The notes under the pieces are model-generated. The model worked only from the letters and a program-made list of their open reading frames with translations, searched no databases and was not told the DNA's origin. A program made the translations under genes and the position numbers. From Petropleomorpha daqingensis (GTDB taxonomy: Bacteria; Actinomycetota; Actinomycetes; Mycobacteriales; Geodermatophilaceae), in the NCBI RefSeq assembly GCF_013408985.1, contig NZ_JACBZT010000001.1, positions 3,797,197 to 3,861,196 of the forward strand: 64,000 nucleotides of DNA, written 5' to 3'. Of this stretch, positions 38,581 through 48,603 are shown piece after piece; the stretch's first letter is position 1, and each line of letters starts with the position of its first letter.

Positions 38581-39435
38581 GTGTCTCCCACGCTCGTCCG
38601 CTCGGTGATCGCCGAGTTCGTCGGGACCCTGCTCCTCGTCTTCCTCGCCGTCGGCGCGGCCGTCTCCGGGGTGACCGGCCGCGGCCTCGTCTCCGGTGTC
38701 GTCGGCGTCGCGCTCGCCTTCGGCCTGGTGCTGCTCGCGCTGGCCTACGCGATCGGCCCCGTCTCCGGCTGCCACATCAACCCGGCCGTCACCCTGGGCG
38801 TCCTGCTCTCGCGCGGCATGACCTCGCGGGAGGCCGGCTACTACTGGGTGGCCCAGTTCGCCGGCGGCATCGCCGGCGCGGCGCTGCTCAAGCTGATGAC
38901 CAGCGGGTTCGGGGACGTCACCGACACGACCGGTTCGCTCGGCTCGAACAACTGGGGCGCGAACATCAGCGGTCCGGGTGCGTTCCTGCTCGAGGTGCTG
39001 ATCACGATGGTGCTGGTGACCGTGGTCCTGCTGGTCACCGGCCGCTCGGCCACGCCGGGCTTCGCCGGCCTGGCCATCGGCCTGACCCTCACCGTGGTGC
39101 ACCTGTTCGCCATCCCGCTGGACGGGACGTCGGTCAACCCCGCCCGCTCGCTGGGCCCTGCGCTGTTCGCGGGCGGCGACTCGCTCAAGCACGTGTGGCT
39201 GTTCATCGTCGCGCCGCTGATCGGTGCGGTGGTCGCGGTCGGGCTGGTCCGGCTGATCACCCCGCCGGTGGTCACCGAGGTGGCCCTGCGCGACGAGGCG
39301 GGCGTCGACACCACCGGTGCGCAGGTGCCGGCCGAGACGGAGGGCGTCCCGACCGCCCGGCACGGGGCGGACGACGGGTACGAGGTCGAGGTCGTCGCGG
39401 TCGAGGTGGAGGAGCGCCGGCCCCCGACCGGGTGA
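38581..39435 (+). CDS. MIP-family aquaporin / glycerol facilitator with extended acidic C-terminal tail
   Basis: Two NPA boxes (HINPAVT, VNPARS), six TM helices, GGAGG ribosome-binding site before GTG 38581. Confidence 0.85.
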   Translation: MSPTLVRSVIAEFVGTLLLVFLAVGAAVSGVTGRGLVSGVVGVALAFGLVLLALAYAIGPVSGCHINPAVTLGVLLSRGMTSREAGYYWVAQFAGGIAGAALLKLMTSGFGDVTDTTGSLGSNNWGANISGPGAFLLEVLITMVLVTVVLLVTGRSATPGFAGLAIGLTLTVVHLFAIPLDGTSVNPARSLGPALFAGGDSLKHVWLFIVAPLIGAVVAVGLVRLITPPVVTEVALRDEAGVDTTGAQVPAETEGVPTARHGADDGYEVEVVAVEVEERRPPTG

Positions 39436-39476
39436 GCCCAGGTGTGCCCGGCGTCGTCCCGGGGCAGGGGAGGGCC

Positions 39477-39770
39477 GTGTCCGAACCCGCCCTCGAGCCC
39501 CTGGACGACGACCACCCGGCCGCCGCCACGATCACGCCCTACCGCGACGGTCCGCTGATCGTCCGCGGCGACTTCCGGCTGGTCGACCAGGACGGCGTCG
39601 AGATCGACCCGGGCCGCGCGACGATCGCGCTGTGCCGGTGCGGGAAGTCCGGCATCAAGCCCTTCTGCGACGGCAGCCACAAGCGGTCGGGGTTCTCCGC
39701 GCCGAGTGCGCCGTCGCGCCCGCGGCCCGCTGCCCGGATCCTGCGCGAGGCCGGCGAGGAGACGAGCTAG
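39477..39770 (+). CDS. CDGSH iron-sulfur domain protein
   Basis: CRCGKSGIKPFCDGSHK signature. Confidence 0.7.
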   Translation: MSEPALEPLDDDHPAAATITPYRDGPLIVRGDFRLVDQDGVEIDPGRATIALCRCGKSGIKPFCDGSHKRSGFSAPSAPSRPRPAARILREAGEETS

Positions 39771-39880
39771 CCGCTCGGCCGCAGTCCGCTGCGTCGCCCT
39801 CGCCGTGTGGTCGCCGACCCCGCGGCACAACGCGCGGGAGGCGACGACGCCGCGAGGGTGAGGCTCGCCGCTGTGTCGGC

Positions 39881-41440
39881 TCAGCCGCGGTGCTCGAAGC
39901 GGGCGGCCATGGTCACCTGCTCCTCGAGCGCCTCGCCGATCCGGGCCTGGACGGCGTCGAGCTCGCCGACGATCTCGCTGGTCGTGTGGATGCCCGCCGA
40001 CACCGACTCGCTGCTGGCCTGCAGCGACACGATCTGGTCGGTGACGCGCTGGGTGGCCTTGTTCGTCTCCCGCGCCAGCTCCTTGACCTCGCTGGCCACG
40101 ACGGCGAAGCCCTTGCCCAGCTCGCCGGCGCGGGCCGCCTCGATGGTGGCGTTGAGCGCGAGCAGGTTCGTCTGGTCGGCGATGGCGGAGATGACCTGGA
40201 TGACCTCGCCGATCGCCCCCGACGCCTGGCCGAGGGACTCGACCTCCGTCGTCATCGTGGAGGCCTGCTCGACGGCTCGCTCGGCCACCCGCCCGGCCGC
40301 GGCGGCCGCGTCGCGCAGCCGCGAGACCGTCTCCAGCAGCGCCTGGGCGTTGACCGCGTCCTCCGTGGTCCGGCGCAGCACGTCGAGCCGCTGCGAGACC
40401 AGGGTCTGCACGTTGCGCAGCGCGGAGGCGCGCGACTCGGACAGCTCGATCGTCTCGGTGACGAAGAAGTCCATCGTGCCGATGACCGTGCCGCCGGCGG
40501 TGATCGGGAAGCAGACGCCGGACTTGACGCCGGCCCGCTGCGCGGCGGGTGCGCGCACGCAGTCGGGAACCTCGGCGAGGTCGCGGACGAACACCAGGTC
40601 GCGGCTGCGCCACGCCCGTCCGGACAGGCCCACGCCCTCGGCGAAGCTCGCCTCGAGGGTCACCTTCCGGAACTCCTCGCCGGCCGAGCCGGACTCCTGG
40701 CCGAACCGCAGCACCCGCTCGGCCTGGTCGAGCGCCCAGAAGGAGCCGTAGGCCCAGCCGAACGCCGTCCGGACGGTGTCGAGCGCGACCCGCAGCGCCT
40801 CCTCCTCGTTGCGCGCCTCGCCGACCTTGGCGACGACGGTGGTGACGGCGACCCGGTCGTCGAGGTTCTCCTGCAGCTGCGCCTGGGCGAGCGCGGTCGC
40901 GCGGGCGTGGCCGAGGATCCGCCCGATCACGTCCCACTTCGTCTTGCGGCCGCCGAAGAAGGGCAGCTCGCCGCGGCTGTAGTACTCGATGATCGCGACG
41001 ACGCGGCCGTTCTCGAGGATCGGCAGGAAGCAGCCCTGCAGGGCGCCCGCGGCGTGCGCGGTCTCCCAGCGCAGGCAGCGGCCGCGGACCGGCTCCCCGC
41101 TGAGCAGGACCGGCTTCCGGTCGCGCAGCGCCTGCCCGCCGTAGCCGGCCTGCTCGTCGAGCTCGGTCTCGGCGTGCCAGCGCGCGCTCATGGCCGGGGC
41201 GAGCTCACCGGTCTCCCACTCCAGGCGGAACCGGTTCTCCCCGCACGGCCACCAGACACCGCCGTAGGCCATGCCGACGAACTCGACGAGCCCCCGGGTG
41301 ATGAGCTCGACGGCCTGGCGGGCGTCGGAGACCCGGGTGTCGAGCAGGAGCCCGATGACGTGCTCGAGGGCCTCGACGTCGCGCGGCATCTGCTCCGGCT
41401 GCAGGGGTGGGGGAGTGGTCGGAGCCGAGCGGCGCAGCAT
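39881..41440 (-). CDS. cytoplasmic methyl-accepting chemotaxis protein with tandem GAF sensor domains
   Basis: C-terminal MCP signalling domain ([31 protein letters not shown]). No TM helices. Two GAF-like regions upstream. Confidence 0.8.
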   Translation of the reverse strand: MLRRSAPTTPPPLQPEQMPRDVEALEHVIGLLLDTRVSDARQAVELITRGLVEFVGMAYGGVWWPCGENRFRLEWETGELAPAMSARWHAETELDEQAGYGGQALRDRKPVLLSGEPVRGRCLRWETAHAAGALQGCFLPILENGRVVAIIEYYSRGELPFFGGRKTKWDVIGRILGHARATALAQAQLQENLDDRVAVTTVVAKVGEARNEEEALRVALDTVRTAFGWAYGSFWALDQAERVLRFGQESGSAGEEFRKVTLEASFAEGVGLSGRAWRSRDLVFVRDLAEVPDCVRAPAAQRAGVKSGVCFPITAGGTVIGTMDFFVTETIELSESRASALRNVQTLVSQRLDVLRRTTEDAVNAQALLETVSRLRDAAAAAGRVAERAVEQASTMTTEVESLGQASGAIGEVIQVISAIADQTNLLALNATIEAARAGELGKGFAVVASEVKELARETNKATQRVTDQIVSLQASSESVSAGIHTTSEIVGELDAVQARIGEALEEQVTMAARFEHRG

Positions 41441-41505
41441 GGGTACGACTTCGGTCGCATGCAACCGATCTTGAGCCGAAACAGTTCCGTTCCGCTTTGC
41501 GCAGG

Positions 41506-42518
41506 TCAGGCCGCTACGGGTCGCGCACCGCGCAGGGCCGAGCGGCCGGACGTCCACGCCTCCAGCAGGACCCGTGCCGCGACGCCGTCCACGGCCAGGG
41601 AGCAGGCGGCGCCGAACAGCACGTCAGCCGCGAGCGCGGGGGTCTCGGCGACCAGCGAGCCGCACATGTCGACCGCCGCGATCTGCTCGTGGACGGCGTC
41701 GGCCTCCACGTGCTCGTCGTAGAAGACGGTGGTGCGCCCGTCGAAGCCCAGCCGCCGCAGCCCCGCCGAGTAGCGCCGGCTCGGCTCGGACGACGTCATC
41801 TCGACGCAGGCGAGGTGGCCCAGCGCGGCACCCCGCCAGCGCCGGTGCAGGCCGAACAGCGACATCGTGTTGACCGAGGCGAACGCGATCGCCGGGGCGT
41901 CGTCCCACAGCGCGCCGTACCCGTCGTCCAGACCGAGGTCGGCCATCATCCCGGCGAACAGCCGGCTGTGCATGCGCTCGGCCGAGCCACCGCCGTACTC
42001 GTCGGCCTGGATCTCGACCATGGCCGACTTCGCCCGGCCGGACAGCCGGGGGACGGCGAAGGTGTGCGGGTCGCCCTCCTTGAGGTGGTACACCGAGCGG
42101 ACGGCGAGGTACTCCCGGAACTGCTCGAGCGTGCCCTGCTTGGCCATGAAGGACGACAGCGAGGGCGAGTCGTCGGCGGCGATGAGCGCGGCCAGCTGCT
42201 GGTCGATCGCCTCGTCGGTGGCCTCGAGCGGGCCGACCAGCGCGCGCAGCGCCTCGGTGTGCCGGTGCTCGAGCAGCGCCCGCAGCCGCAGCAGGTCCGG
42301 CTCCCACTCCCAGCCCTCGTCGACGTCGTCGAACCCGCGGTAGTGCAGCTCGTAGCAGACGGCCAGGCTCAGCTGGAGGTCGTCGTCGGCGAGCACGTCG
42401 GACGACGCGGCCGCGGTGCGCTCGGCCTGGGCGAGCGTGTCAGGGGACAGGGACGTACCGCTCGTCAGATCGGCGAACAGCGCGGCGCTCAGCGGGCCCC
42501 GAGGCTCGGGCAGGTGCA
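41506..42518 (-). CDS. iron-containing redox enzyme family protein (heme-oxygenase-like / DUF3865-like fold)
   Basis: Helical HO-like family features. ATG at 42518 chosen, which leaves an intergenic gap to the divergent MFS gene. Confidence 0.6.
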
Positions 42519-42671
42519 TGCGCTCAGCATGCCCACGGCCGCGGAAAACGATGCGGGACGTGGCCTGGGTCCCACCGGAGCGGGTGAACGTTCGAGGGAT
42601 TGATCGGGTTCCCGGGAGGGAAGGAACGGCTCCGGCCACAACAGAAGAGCCCAAGCCCGGAGGCGCGTTCG

Positions 42672-44180
42672 ATGACGACGACCCGTGAGGCACCGGCACC
42701 TGGCGTGATCCGCAGCCTGATCCCGGCGCGGATCGACCGGTTGCCCTGGTCCCCGTTCCACACCCGGATGGTGATCGCCCTCGGCGTCGCCTGGATCCTG
42801 GACGGCCTGGAGATCACCGTCGCCAGTGCGGTGGTCGACAAGCTGACCGAGGCGGACACGCTCCACCTGTCCACCGGCCAGGCGGGCTTCATCGCGACGA
42901 TCTACCTGATCGGTGAGGTCGTCGGGGCCCTGTTCTTCGGGCAGTTGTCCGACAAGCTGGGCCGCAAGAAGCTGTTCGTGATCACGCTGGCCGTCTACCT
43001 GGTCGGCAGCGGCCTCACCGCCCTGACCATCGGCAACGGGGTCGGCTGGATCGTCTTCCTCTACGCCACCCGCTTCATCAGCGGCATGGGCATCGGTGGC
43101 GAGTACGCGGCGATCAACTCGGCCATCGACGAGCTGATCCCCGCGCGCTACCGCGGCCGCGTCGACATCGCGGTCAACGGCACCTACTGGGCCGGCGCCA
43201 TCCTCGGGACGCTCGGCACCTTCATCTTCCTGAACGTCATGAGCCCGAGCGTCGGCTGGCGGCTCGCGTTCCTGCTGGGCCCGGTGCTGGGTCTGGTGAT
43301 CATCTTCGTCCGCCGGCACCTGCCGGAGAGCCCGCGGTGGCAGGTCATGCACGGCCACGCCGAGGAGGCCGAGCGCAGCATCAGCTACATCGAGCACGAG
43401 GTCGAGCAGGGCGGGCGGCAGCTGGAGCGCGTGCCGGACGACAAGGCGATCGATCTGGTGCCTGCGGAGAAGATCGGCTACTTCGCGCTCGCGCGGGTGC
43501 TGTTCAAGGAGTTCCCGAGCCGGTCGATCTACGGCGCGACGCTGATGATCACCCAGTCGTTCCTGTACAACGCGATCTTCTTCACCTACACGCTGGTGCT
43601 GGGCAACTTCTACGGCGTCGACTCGAACAAGGCGCCGCTGTTCCTCATCGCCTTCGCGGTCGGCAACCTGGCCGGACCGCTGACCCTCGGGCACCTGTTC
43701 GACACCATCGGGCGCAAGAAGATGATCGCCGGGACGTACATCATCTCCGGTGCTCTCCTCGCCCTGACCGCGTTCCTGTTCCGGGCCGACGTGCTCAACG
43801 CGACGACCCAGACGATCGCGTGGTGCGTGATCTTCTACTTCGCCTCGGCCGGCGCCAGCTCCGCCTACCTGACCGTGAGCGAGATCTTCCCGCAGGAGGT
43901 GCGTGCGAAGGCGATCGCCGTCTTCTTCGCCATCGCCCAGTGCTTCGGTGCTCTGGGCCCGTGGCTGTACGGCCACCTGATCGGTGACGGCACCGACCGC
44001 ATCCCGCTGTTCTACGGCTACCTGCTCGGTGCCGGCGTGATGGTCCTCGGTGGTCTGGTCGCCGCGTTCATCGGCGTCTCGGCGGAGGGCAAGTCCCTGG
44101 AGGACGTCGCCACGCCGTTCGCCGCTCGCCGCGGCAGCACGCGGGCCGAGGGGGCTGCCTCGCCGCGCTACCAGAGCTGA
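42672..44180 (+). CDS. MFS transporter (metabolite:H+ symporter / sugar porter family)
   Basis: 12 TM helices, MFS motif GQLSDKLGRKK after TM2. GGAGG ribosome-binding site upstream. Confidence 0.85.
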   Translation: MTTTREAPAPGVIRSLIPARIDRLPWSPFHTRMVIALGVAWILDGLEITVASAVVDKLTEADTLHLSTGQAGFIATIYLIGEVVGALFFGQLSDKLGRKKLFVITLAVYLVGSGLTALTIGNGVGWIVFLYATRFISGMGIGGEYAAINSAIDELIPARYRGRVDIAVNGTYWAGAILGTLGTFIFLNVMSPSVGWRLAFLLGPVLGLVIIFVRRHLPESPRWQVMHGHAEEAERSISYIEHEVEQGGRQLERVPDDKAIDLVPAEKIGYFALARVLFKEFPSRSIYGATLMITQSFLYNAIFFTYTLVLGNFYGVDSNKAPLFLIAFAVGNLAGPLTLGHLFDTIGRKKMIAGTYIISGALLALTAFLFRADVLNATTQTIAWCVIFYFASAGASSAYLTVSEIFPQEVRAKAIAVFFAIAQCFGALGPWLYGHLIGDGTDRIPLFYGYLLGAGVMVLGGLVAAFIGVSAEGKSLEDVATPFAARRGSTRAEGAASPRYQS

Positions 44181-44191
44181 CCGACCGCAAC

Positions 44192-44230
44192 CGCCGCGGC
44201 CCTCGACCGGGCAGGTCGGGGGCCGCGGCG
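44192..44230 (+). terminator. compound GC-rich hairpin downstream of the MFS gene
   Basis: CGCCGCGGCCC-tcgaccgggcaggtcga-GGGGGCCGCGGCG. The inner loop region is itself a 6-bp inverted repeat (TCGACC/GGTCGA). Confidence 0.5.
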
Positions 44231-44357
44231 CGTTCTGCTCCACCGCCGACTGAGCACTTCCGGTCGGCGACACGCGGCGCCACGCCGGGCGCGGCGACCG
44301 CAACTGCACAGTCAATGGGGTGGCGCGGTGCTGCGGCGTCGCGCCACCCTGTCGTCG

Positions 44358-44459
44358 ATGCGTGATGACAAGTGGGGCGACGAGCGGGTCACCGCGTGGG
44401 TGCTCGCGCTGATCGTCCTCGTCCTGGTGCTCTGGGCGGGCCGGCTGTTGCCCTTCTGA
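44358..44459 (+). CDS. possible 33-aa single-TM peptide ORF (MRDDKWGDERVTAWVLALIVLVLVLWAGRLLPF)
   Basis: ATG-initiated, high GC3, strongly hydrophobic C-terminal half, preceded by a 9-bp-stem hairpin. Too short for the ORF track. Confidence 0.25.
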   Translation: MRDDKWGDERVTAWVLALIVLVLVLWAGRLLPF

Positions 44460-44540
44460 GACCCACGTTCGGGCTGTGGTGCCTTGCCGTTTCCTTTCCG
44501 GGGCGGTTCCCTTCGAGGACCCGACCTGGCGAGGAGAGCC

Positions 44541-45413
44541 GTGGACTTCCTGCAACCGACGACGTGGGGCGAGGCCCTGGAGGCGCGGGCCGAGCACCCG
44601 GACGCGCTGCCCATCGCCGGTGGCACCGACGTGATGGTCGAGCTGAACTTCGACCGCCGGCGACCGGGAGCCCTGCTCGACCTCGGCCGGGTGCCGGAGC
44701 TGCGGGAGTGGTCGGCGGACGACGGTGTGGTCCGGTTGGGCGCCGGCGTGACCTACGCGAGGGTGATCACCGAGCTGGGGGTGGAGCTGCCCGGGCTGGC
44801 GATGGCCTCGCGCACGGTCGGCTCGCCGCAGATCCGGATGCGCGGCACGGTCGGCGGCAACCTGGGCGCCGCCTCGCCCGCGGGTGACTCGCACCCGCCG
44901 CTGCTGGCCGCCGACGCCGTCGTCGAGGTCGCCTCGGCCGCGCGCGGCACTCGGCAGGTGCCGGCCGCGGAGTTCTACACCGGCGTCAAGCGCAACGCCC
45001 TGGAGCCCGACGAGCTGATCGCGGCGGTCCTCGTGCCGGCCGCCTCGGGCCCGCAGCAGTTCTCCAAGATCGGCACGCGCAACGCCATGGTCATCGCGGT
45101 GACCGCGTTCGCCGTGGCGCTGCACCCCGACCGGCGCGCGGTCGGCACCGGCATCGGCTCGGCCGCGCCGACGCCGCGGCGGGCGACCGAGGCCGAGGCG
45201 TTCCTCGCCGGCGAGCTCGACGCCGCCGGTCTGTGGGACTCCCGCGGGGAGCTGCCGGACTCCCTGGCGCGGGCCTTCGGCGACCGGGTCGCCGCGGCGT
45301 CCGCGCCGATCGACGACGTCCGCGGCAGCGCCGCCTACCGCCGGCACGCGCTGTCGGTGATGGGCCGCCGCGCCGCGACCTGGGCCTGGGACGAGTACCG
45401 GAGGGCAGCCTGA
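44541..45413 (+). CDS. molybdopterin hydroxylase FAD-binding (medium) subunit, CoxM/XdhB-like
   Basis: FAD-binding PCMH-type domain (IAGGTDVMVELN). GTG start at 44541. Confidence 0.8.
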   Translation: MDFLQPTTWGEALEARAEHPDALPIAGGTDVMVELNFDRRRPGALLDLGRVPELREWSADDGVVRLGAGVTYARVITELGVELPGLAMASRTVGSPQIRMRGTVGGNLGAASPAGDSHPPLLAADAVVEVASAARGTRQVPAAEFYTGVKRNALEPDELIAAVLVPAASGPQQFSKIGTRNAMVIAVTAFAVALHPDRRAVGTGIGSAAPTPRRATEAEAFLAGELDAAGLWDSRGELPDSLARAFGDRVAAASAPIDDVRGSAAYRRHALSVMGRRAATWAWDEYRRAA

Positions 45414-45415
45414 CC

Positions 45416-45886
45416 ATGCGCGTCACCACCACAGTCAACGGCACCGAGCAGTCGGTCGACGACGTCTGGCCCGGCGAGAGCCTGCTGTTCCTGCTGCGCG
45501 AGCGGCTGGGCCTGCCCGGGTCGAAGAACGCCTGCGAGCAGGGCGAGTGCGGCTCGTGCACCGTCTACCTCGACGGCGAGCCGGTGTGCTCGTGCCTGGT
45601 CGCGGCCGGGCAGGCGATCGGCCGCGACGTCGTCACCGTCGAGGGGCTGGCGGGCGGGCAGGCGTTGCACCCGGTGCAGGAGGCCTTCGTCGAGGCCGGC
45701 GCCGTCCAGTGCGGCTTCTGCACCCCGGGGCTGGTCGTCGCCGCGCACGACCTGCTGGCGCGGGTGCCCTCGCCGTCCGACCTCGAGATCCGCGAGGCGC
45801 TGGCCGGCAACCTCTGCCGCTGCACCGGCTACGAGAAGATCCTCGACGCCGTCCGGCTGGCCGCGACCAAGCAGGTGCAGCCATGA
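45416..45886 (+). CDS. (2Fe-2S)-binding small subunit, CoxS-like
   Basis: Two Cys clusters (CEQGECGSCTV ... CGFCTPG ... CRCTGY). Confidence 0.85.
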   Translation: MRVTTTVNGTEQSVDDVWPGESLLFLLRERLGLPGSKNACEQGECGSCTVYLDGEPVCSCLVAAGQAIGRDVVTVEGLAGGQALHPVQEAFVEAGAVQCGFCTPGLVVAAHDLLARVPSPSDLEIREALAGNLCRCTGYEKILDAVRLAATKQVQP

Positions 45887-48198
45887 GCGAGACGACGACG
45901 ACGCGCCCCGCGCCGCCGACCACCGTGACCGGCCGGATCGGGGACGGGCGGGTGGGGGATAGCCCATTGCGGCCCGACGGCACGCTCAAGGTCACCGGCG
46001 AGTTCGCCTACGCCAGCGACCTGTGGCACGACGACATGGTCTGGGGCATCACGCTGCGCAGCCCGCACCCGCACGCGCGGATCAGGGGCATCGACCTCAC
46101 CGAGGCGCTGCAGGTGCCGGGGGTGTTCGCCGTCCTGACGGCGGACGACGTCCCGGGCGAGAACGCCTACGGGCTGGAGCACGCCGACTCACCGGTGCTG
46201 GCCGCCGACGTGGTGCGCTACGAGGGCGAACCGGTGGCGCTGGTCGCCGCCGACCACCCGGAGACCGCCCGCCGGGCGGCCCGCCGGATCCGGGTCGACT
46301 ACGAGCCGCTGCCCGCCGTCACCGACCCCCGCCGGGCCCTGGACGACGACGCGCCGCTGGTCAACCCGGGCGGCAACCTGGTGCGCCACCTGAAGCTGCG
46401 CCGCGGCGACCCGGCCGCCACCGCGCCGGTCGTGGTCTCCCTCGACTTCGAGGTCGGCATGCAGGACCAGGCGTTCCTCGGGCCGGAGTCCGGGCTCGCG
46501 GTGCCGGCCGAGGACGGCGGCGTCGACCTGTTCGTGGCCACCCAGTGGCTGCACGTCGACCAGCGGCAGATGTGCCTGGCGCTGGGCATGCCGCCGGACA
46601 AGGTGCGGCTGACGCTGGCCGGTGTCGGCGGCGCGTTCGGCGGCCGCGAGGACCTGTCGGTGCACATCCACGCCTGCCTGCTGGCGCTGCGCACCGGCAA
46701 GCCCGTGAAGATGGTCTACGGCCGGGAGGAGTCCTTCTACGGCCACGTGCACCGGCACCCGGCCTGGCTGCACTACGAGTTCGGCGCCGAGGACGACGGC
46801 ACGCTGGTCTACGCCAAGGCCGACATCCTGCTCGACGGCGGCGCCTACGCCTCCTCGACGCCGGCCGTGGTCGGCAACGCCGGCACCCTGGGCATGGGGC
46901 CGTACCGCATCCCGAACGTGTCGGTCGACGCGGTCGGCGTCTACACGAACAACCCCCCGTGCGGCGCGATGCGCGGGTTCGGCTGCGTGCAGGCGGCGTT
47001 CGCGCACGAGGCGCTGATGGACGAGCTGGCGTCGGTGCTGGAGATGGACCCGGTGGAGCTCCGGGCCCGCAACGGCATGCAGGAGGGCGACCTCAACATC
47101 ACCGGGCAGGTCATCGACTCGGCCGCACCGGTGGCCGAGCTGATCTGGAAGGTGCGGGATATGCCGCTGCCGCCGGAGCCCTCCGGCGAACGGGACCTCC
47201 TGACCCTCCCGGGCGCGGTCGGCAACACCACGCACGGCGAGGGCGTGCGACGGGGGATCGGCTACTCGGTCACCTACAAGAACGTCGGCTTCTCCGAGGG
47301 CTTCGACGACTACTCGACCGCGCGCGTGCGGCTGCAGATGACCGCCGGCGAGGCGGTGGCCACGGTGCACACCGCGGCGGCCGAGGTCGGCCAGGGGCTG
47401 ATCACGATCCACGCCCAGATCGCCCGCACCGAGCTCGGCGTCGACCGGGTGGTCGTCATCCCGGCCGACACCCAGGTCGGATCGGCGGGGTCGACGTCGG
47501 CGTCCCGGCAGACGTACGTCACCGGCGGTGCGGTGAAGGCCGCGTGCGAGGCGGTGCGCGACCGGGTGCTGCAGCGGGCGGCGGTCGCGCTCGGCCGGCC
47601 GGCCGCGTCGCTGCGGCTGGACGGCGAGAAGATCGTGGGCGCCTCCGGCGAGGTGCTCAGCGGGCTCGCCGACGTCCTCGGGGACGACGCTGTCGAGGAG
47701 ACCGTGGAGTGGCGGCACCGACCCACGCACGCCATCGACCCGGAGACCGGCCAGGGCGACGCGCACGTGCAGTTCGCGTTCTCCGCCCACCGGGCCGTGG
47801 TCGACGTCGACACCGAGCTGGGGCTGGTCAAGGTCGTCGCGCTGGACACCGCGCAGGACGTCGGCAAGGCGCTCAACCCCGACGCCGTCGTCGGCCAGAT
47901 CCAGGGCGGCAGCGCGCAGGGCATGGGCCTGGCGCTGATGGAGGAGGTCGTCGTCGTCGACGGGCACGTGCGCAACCCGTCGTTCACCGACTACCTGATC
48001 CCGACGATCCTCGACATCCCGCCGATGCAGATCGAGGTGCTCGAGTACGCCGACCCGCACGCGCCCTACGGCGTCCGCGGGGTGGGGGAGCCGCCGACGA
48101 TCTCGTCGGGTCCGGCGGTGGCCGCGGCGGTGCGAGCGGCGACGGGCAGGCAGCTGCGCCGGGTGCCGATCCGCCCGGAGCACATCACGGGTACCTGA
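45883..48198 (+). CDS. xanthine dehydrogenase family molybdopterin-binding large subunit
   Basis: Ald_Xan_dh_C and MoCo-binding domains (GGAFGGRE, AMRGFG). ATGA overlap with the small subunit. Confidence 0.85.
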   Translation: MSETTTTRPAPPTTVTGRIGDGRVGDSPLRPDGTLKVTGEFAYASDLWHDDMVWGITLRSPHPHARIRGIDLTEALQVPGVFAVLTADDVPGENAYGLEHADSPVLAADVVRYEGEPVALVAADHPETARRAARRIRVDYEPLPAVTDPRRALDDDAPLVNPGGNLVRHLKLRRGDPAATAPVVVSLDFEVGMQDQAFLGPESGLAVPAEDGGVDLFVATQWLHVDQRQMCLALGMPPDKVRLTLAGVGGAFGGREDLSVHIHACLLALRTGKPVKMVYGREESFYGHVHRHPAWLHYEFGAEDDGTLVYAKADILLDGGAYASSTPAVVGNAGTLGMGPYRIPNVSVDAVGVYTNNPPCGAMRGFGCVQAAFAHEALMDELASVLEMDPVELRARNGMQEGDLNITGQVIDSAAPVAELIWKVRDMPLPPEPSGERDLLTLPGAVGNTTHGEGVRRGIGYSVTYKNVGFSEGFDDYSTARVRLQMTAGEAVATVHTAAAEVGQGLITIHAQIARTELGVDRVVVIPADTQVGSAGSTSASRQTYVTGGAVKAACEAVRDRVLQRAAVALGRPAASLRLDGEKIVGASGEVLSGLADVLGDDAVEETVEWRHRPTHAIDPETGQGDAHVQFAFSAHRAVVDVDTELGLVKVVALDTAQDVGKALNPDAVVGQIQGGSAQGMGLALMEEVVVVDGHVRNPSFTDYLIPTILDIPPMQIEVLEYADPHAPYGVRGVGEPPTISSGPAVAAAVRAATGRQLRRVPIRPEHITGT

Positions 48199-48201
48199 CG
48201 G

Positions 48202-48534
48202 TCAGGTCCCCGGGGCTCGGAAGACGGCGCGGCCGTCCCGCACCTTGCCGAGGACGGTCTGCAGCTCGTCCTGGTCGAAGAGCTGGTGGGTGCCCAGGCT
48301 GCGGACGGCGCCGGTGCTGGCCGAGGTGAGCGTCACCGCGGCCGCGGTCTGGGCGTCCGGCGCCTCCAGGATCACCATGCCGTCGGCCTCGCCGAGCATC
48401 CAGTACAGGGCCTCGAGCCGGGCGCCGACGGCCTCCGCCGATGCGCGCACCGCGGCGGTGCGGTCGCCCGGCTGGTCGACCATCCGGCCCCAGGTCTCGC
48501 CGGTGTAGGCGAAGAAGATGACGAACCTCGGCAT
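48202..48534 (-). CDS. GYD domain protein
   Basis: Family-typical ~110-aa sequence (FVIFFAYTGETW ... GEADGMVILEAPD). Confidence 0.65.
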   Translation of the reverse strand: MPRFVIFFAYTGETWGRMVDQPGDRTAAVRASAEAVGARLEALYWMLGEADGMVILEAPDAQTAAAVTLTSASTGAVRSLGTHQLFDQDELQTVLGKVRDGRAVFRAPGT

Positions 48535-48603
48535 GGCGATCACCTCGCTGCGCGTCGCTGAGGCAGCCGATTACAGCAGCCGATCGCGCCGTAAGGTGCC
48601 GCC

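Noticed and set aside
42489-45347. 952-aa minus-strand ORF
   Set aside because: Antisense to the MFS transporter and FAD-subunit genes.
46189-48183. 664-aa minus-strand ORF and the 46023..48329 plus-strand ORF
   Set aside because: Antisense or out-of-frame to the molybdopterin large-subunit gene, which has clear family motifs.
45883-48198. Calling the Mo-enzyme a carbon monoxide dehydrogenase (coxMSL) on the basis of gene order
   Set aside because: The large subunit lacks the CODH active-site loop signatures (AYxCSFR / AYRGAGR) and instead has an AMRGFG-type motif typical of generic XDH-family hydroxylases. Kept as generic.
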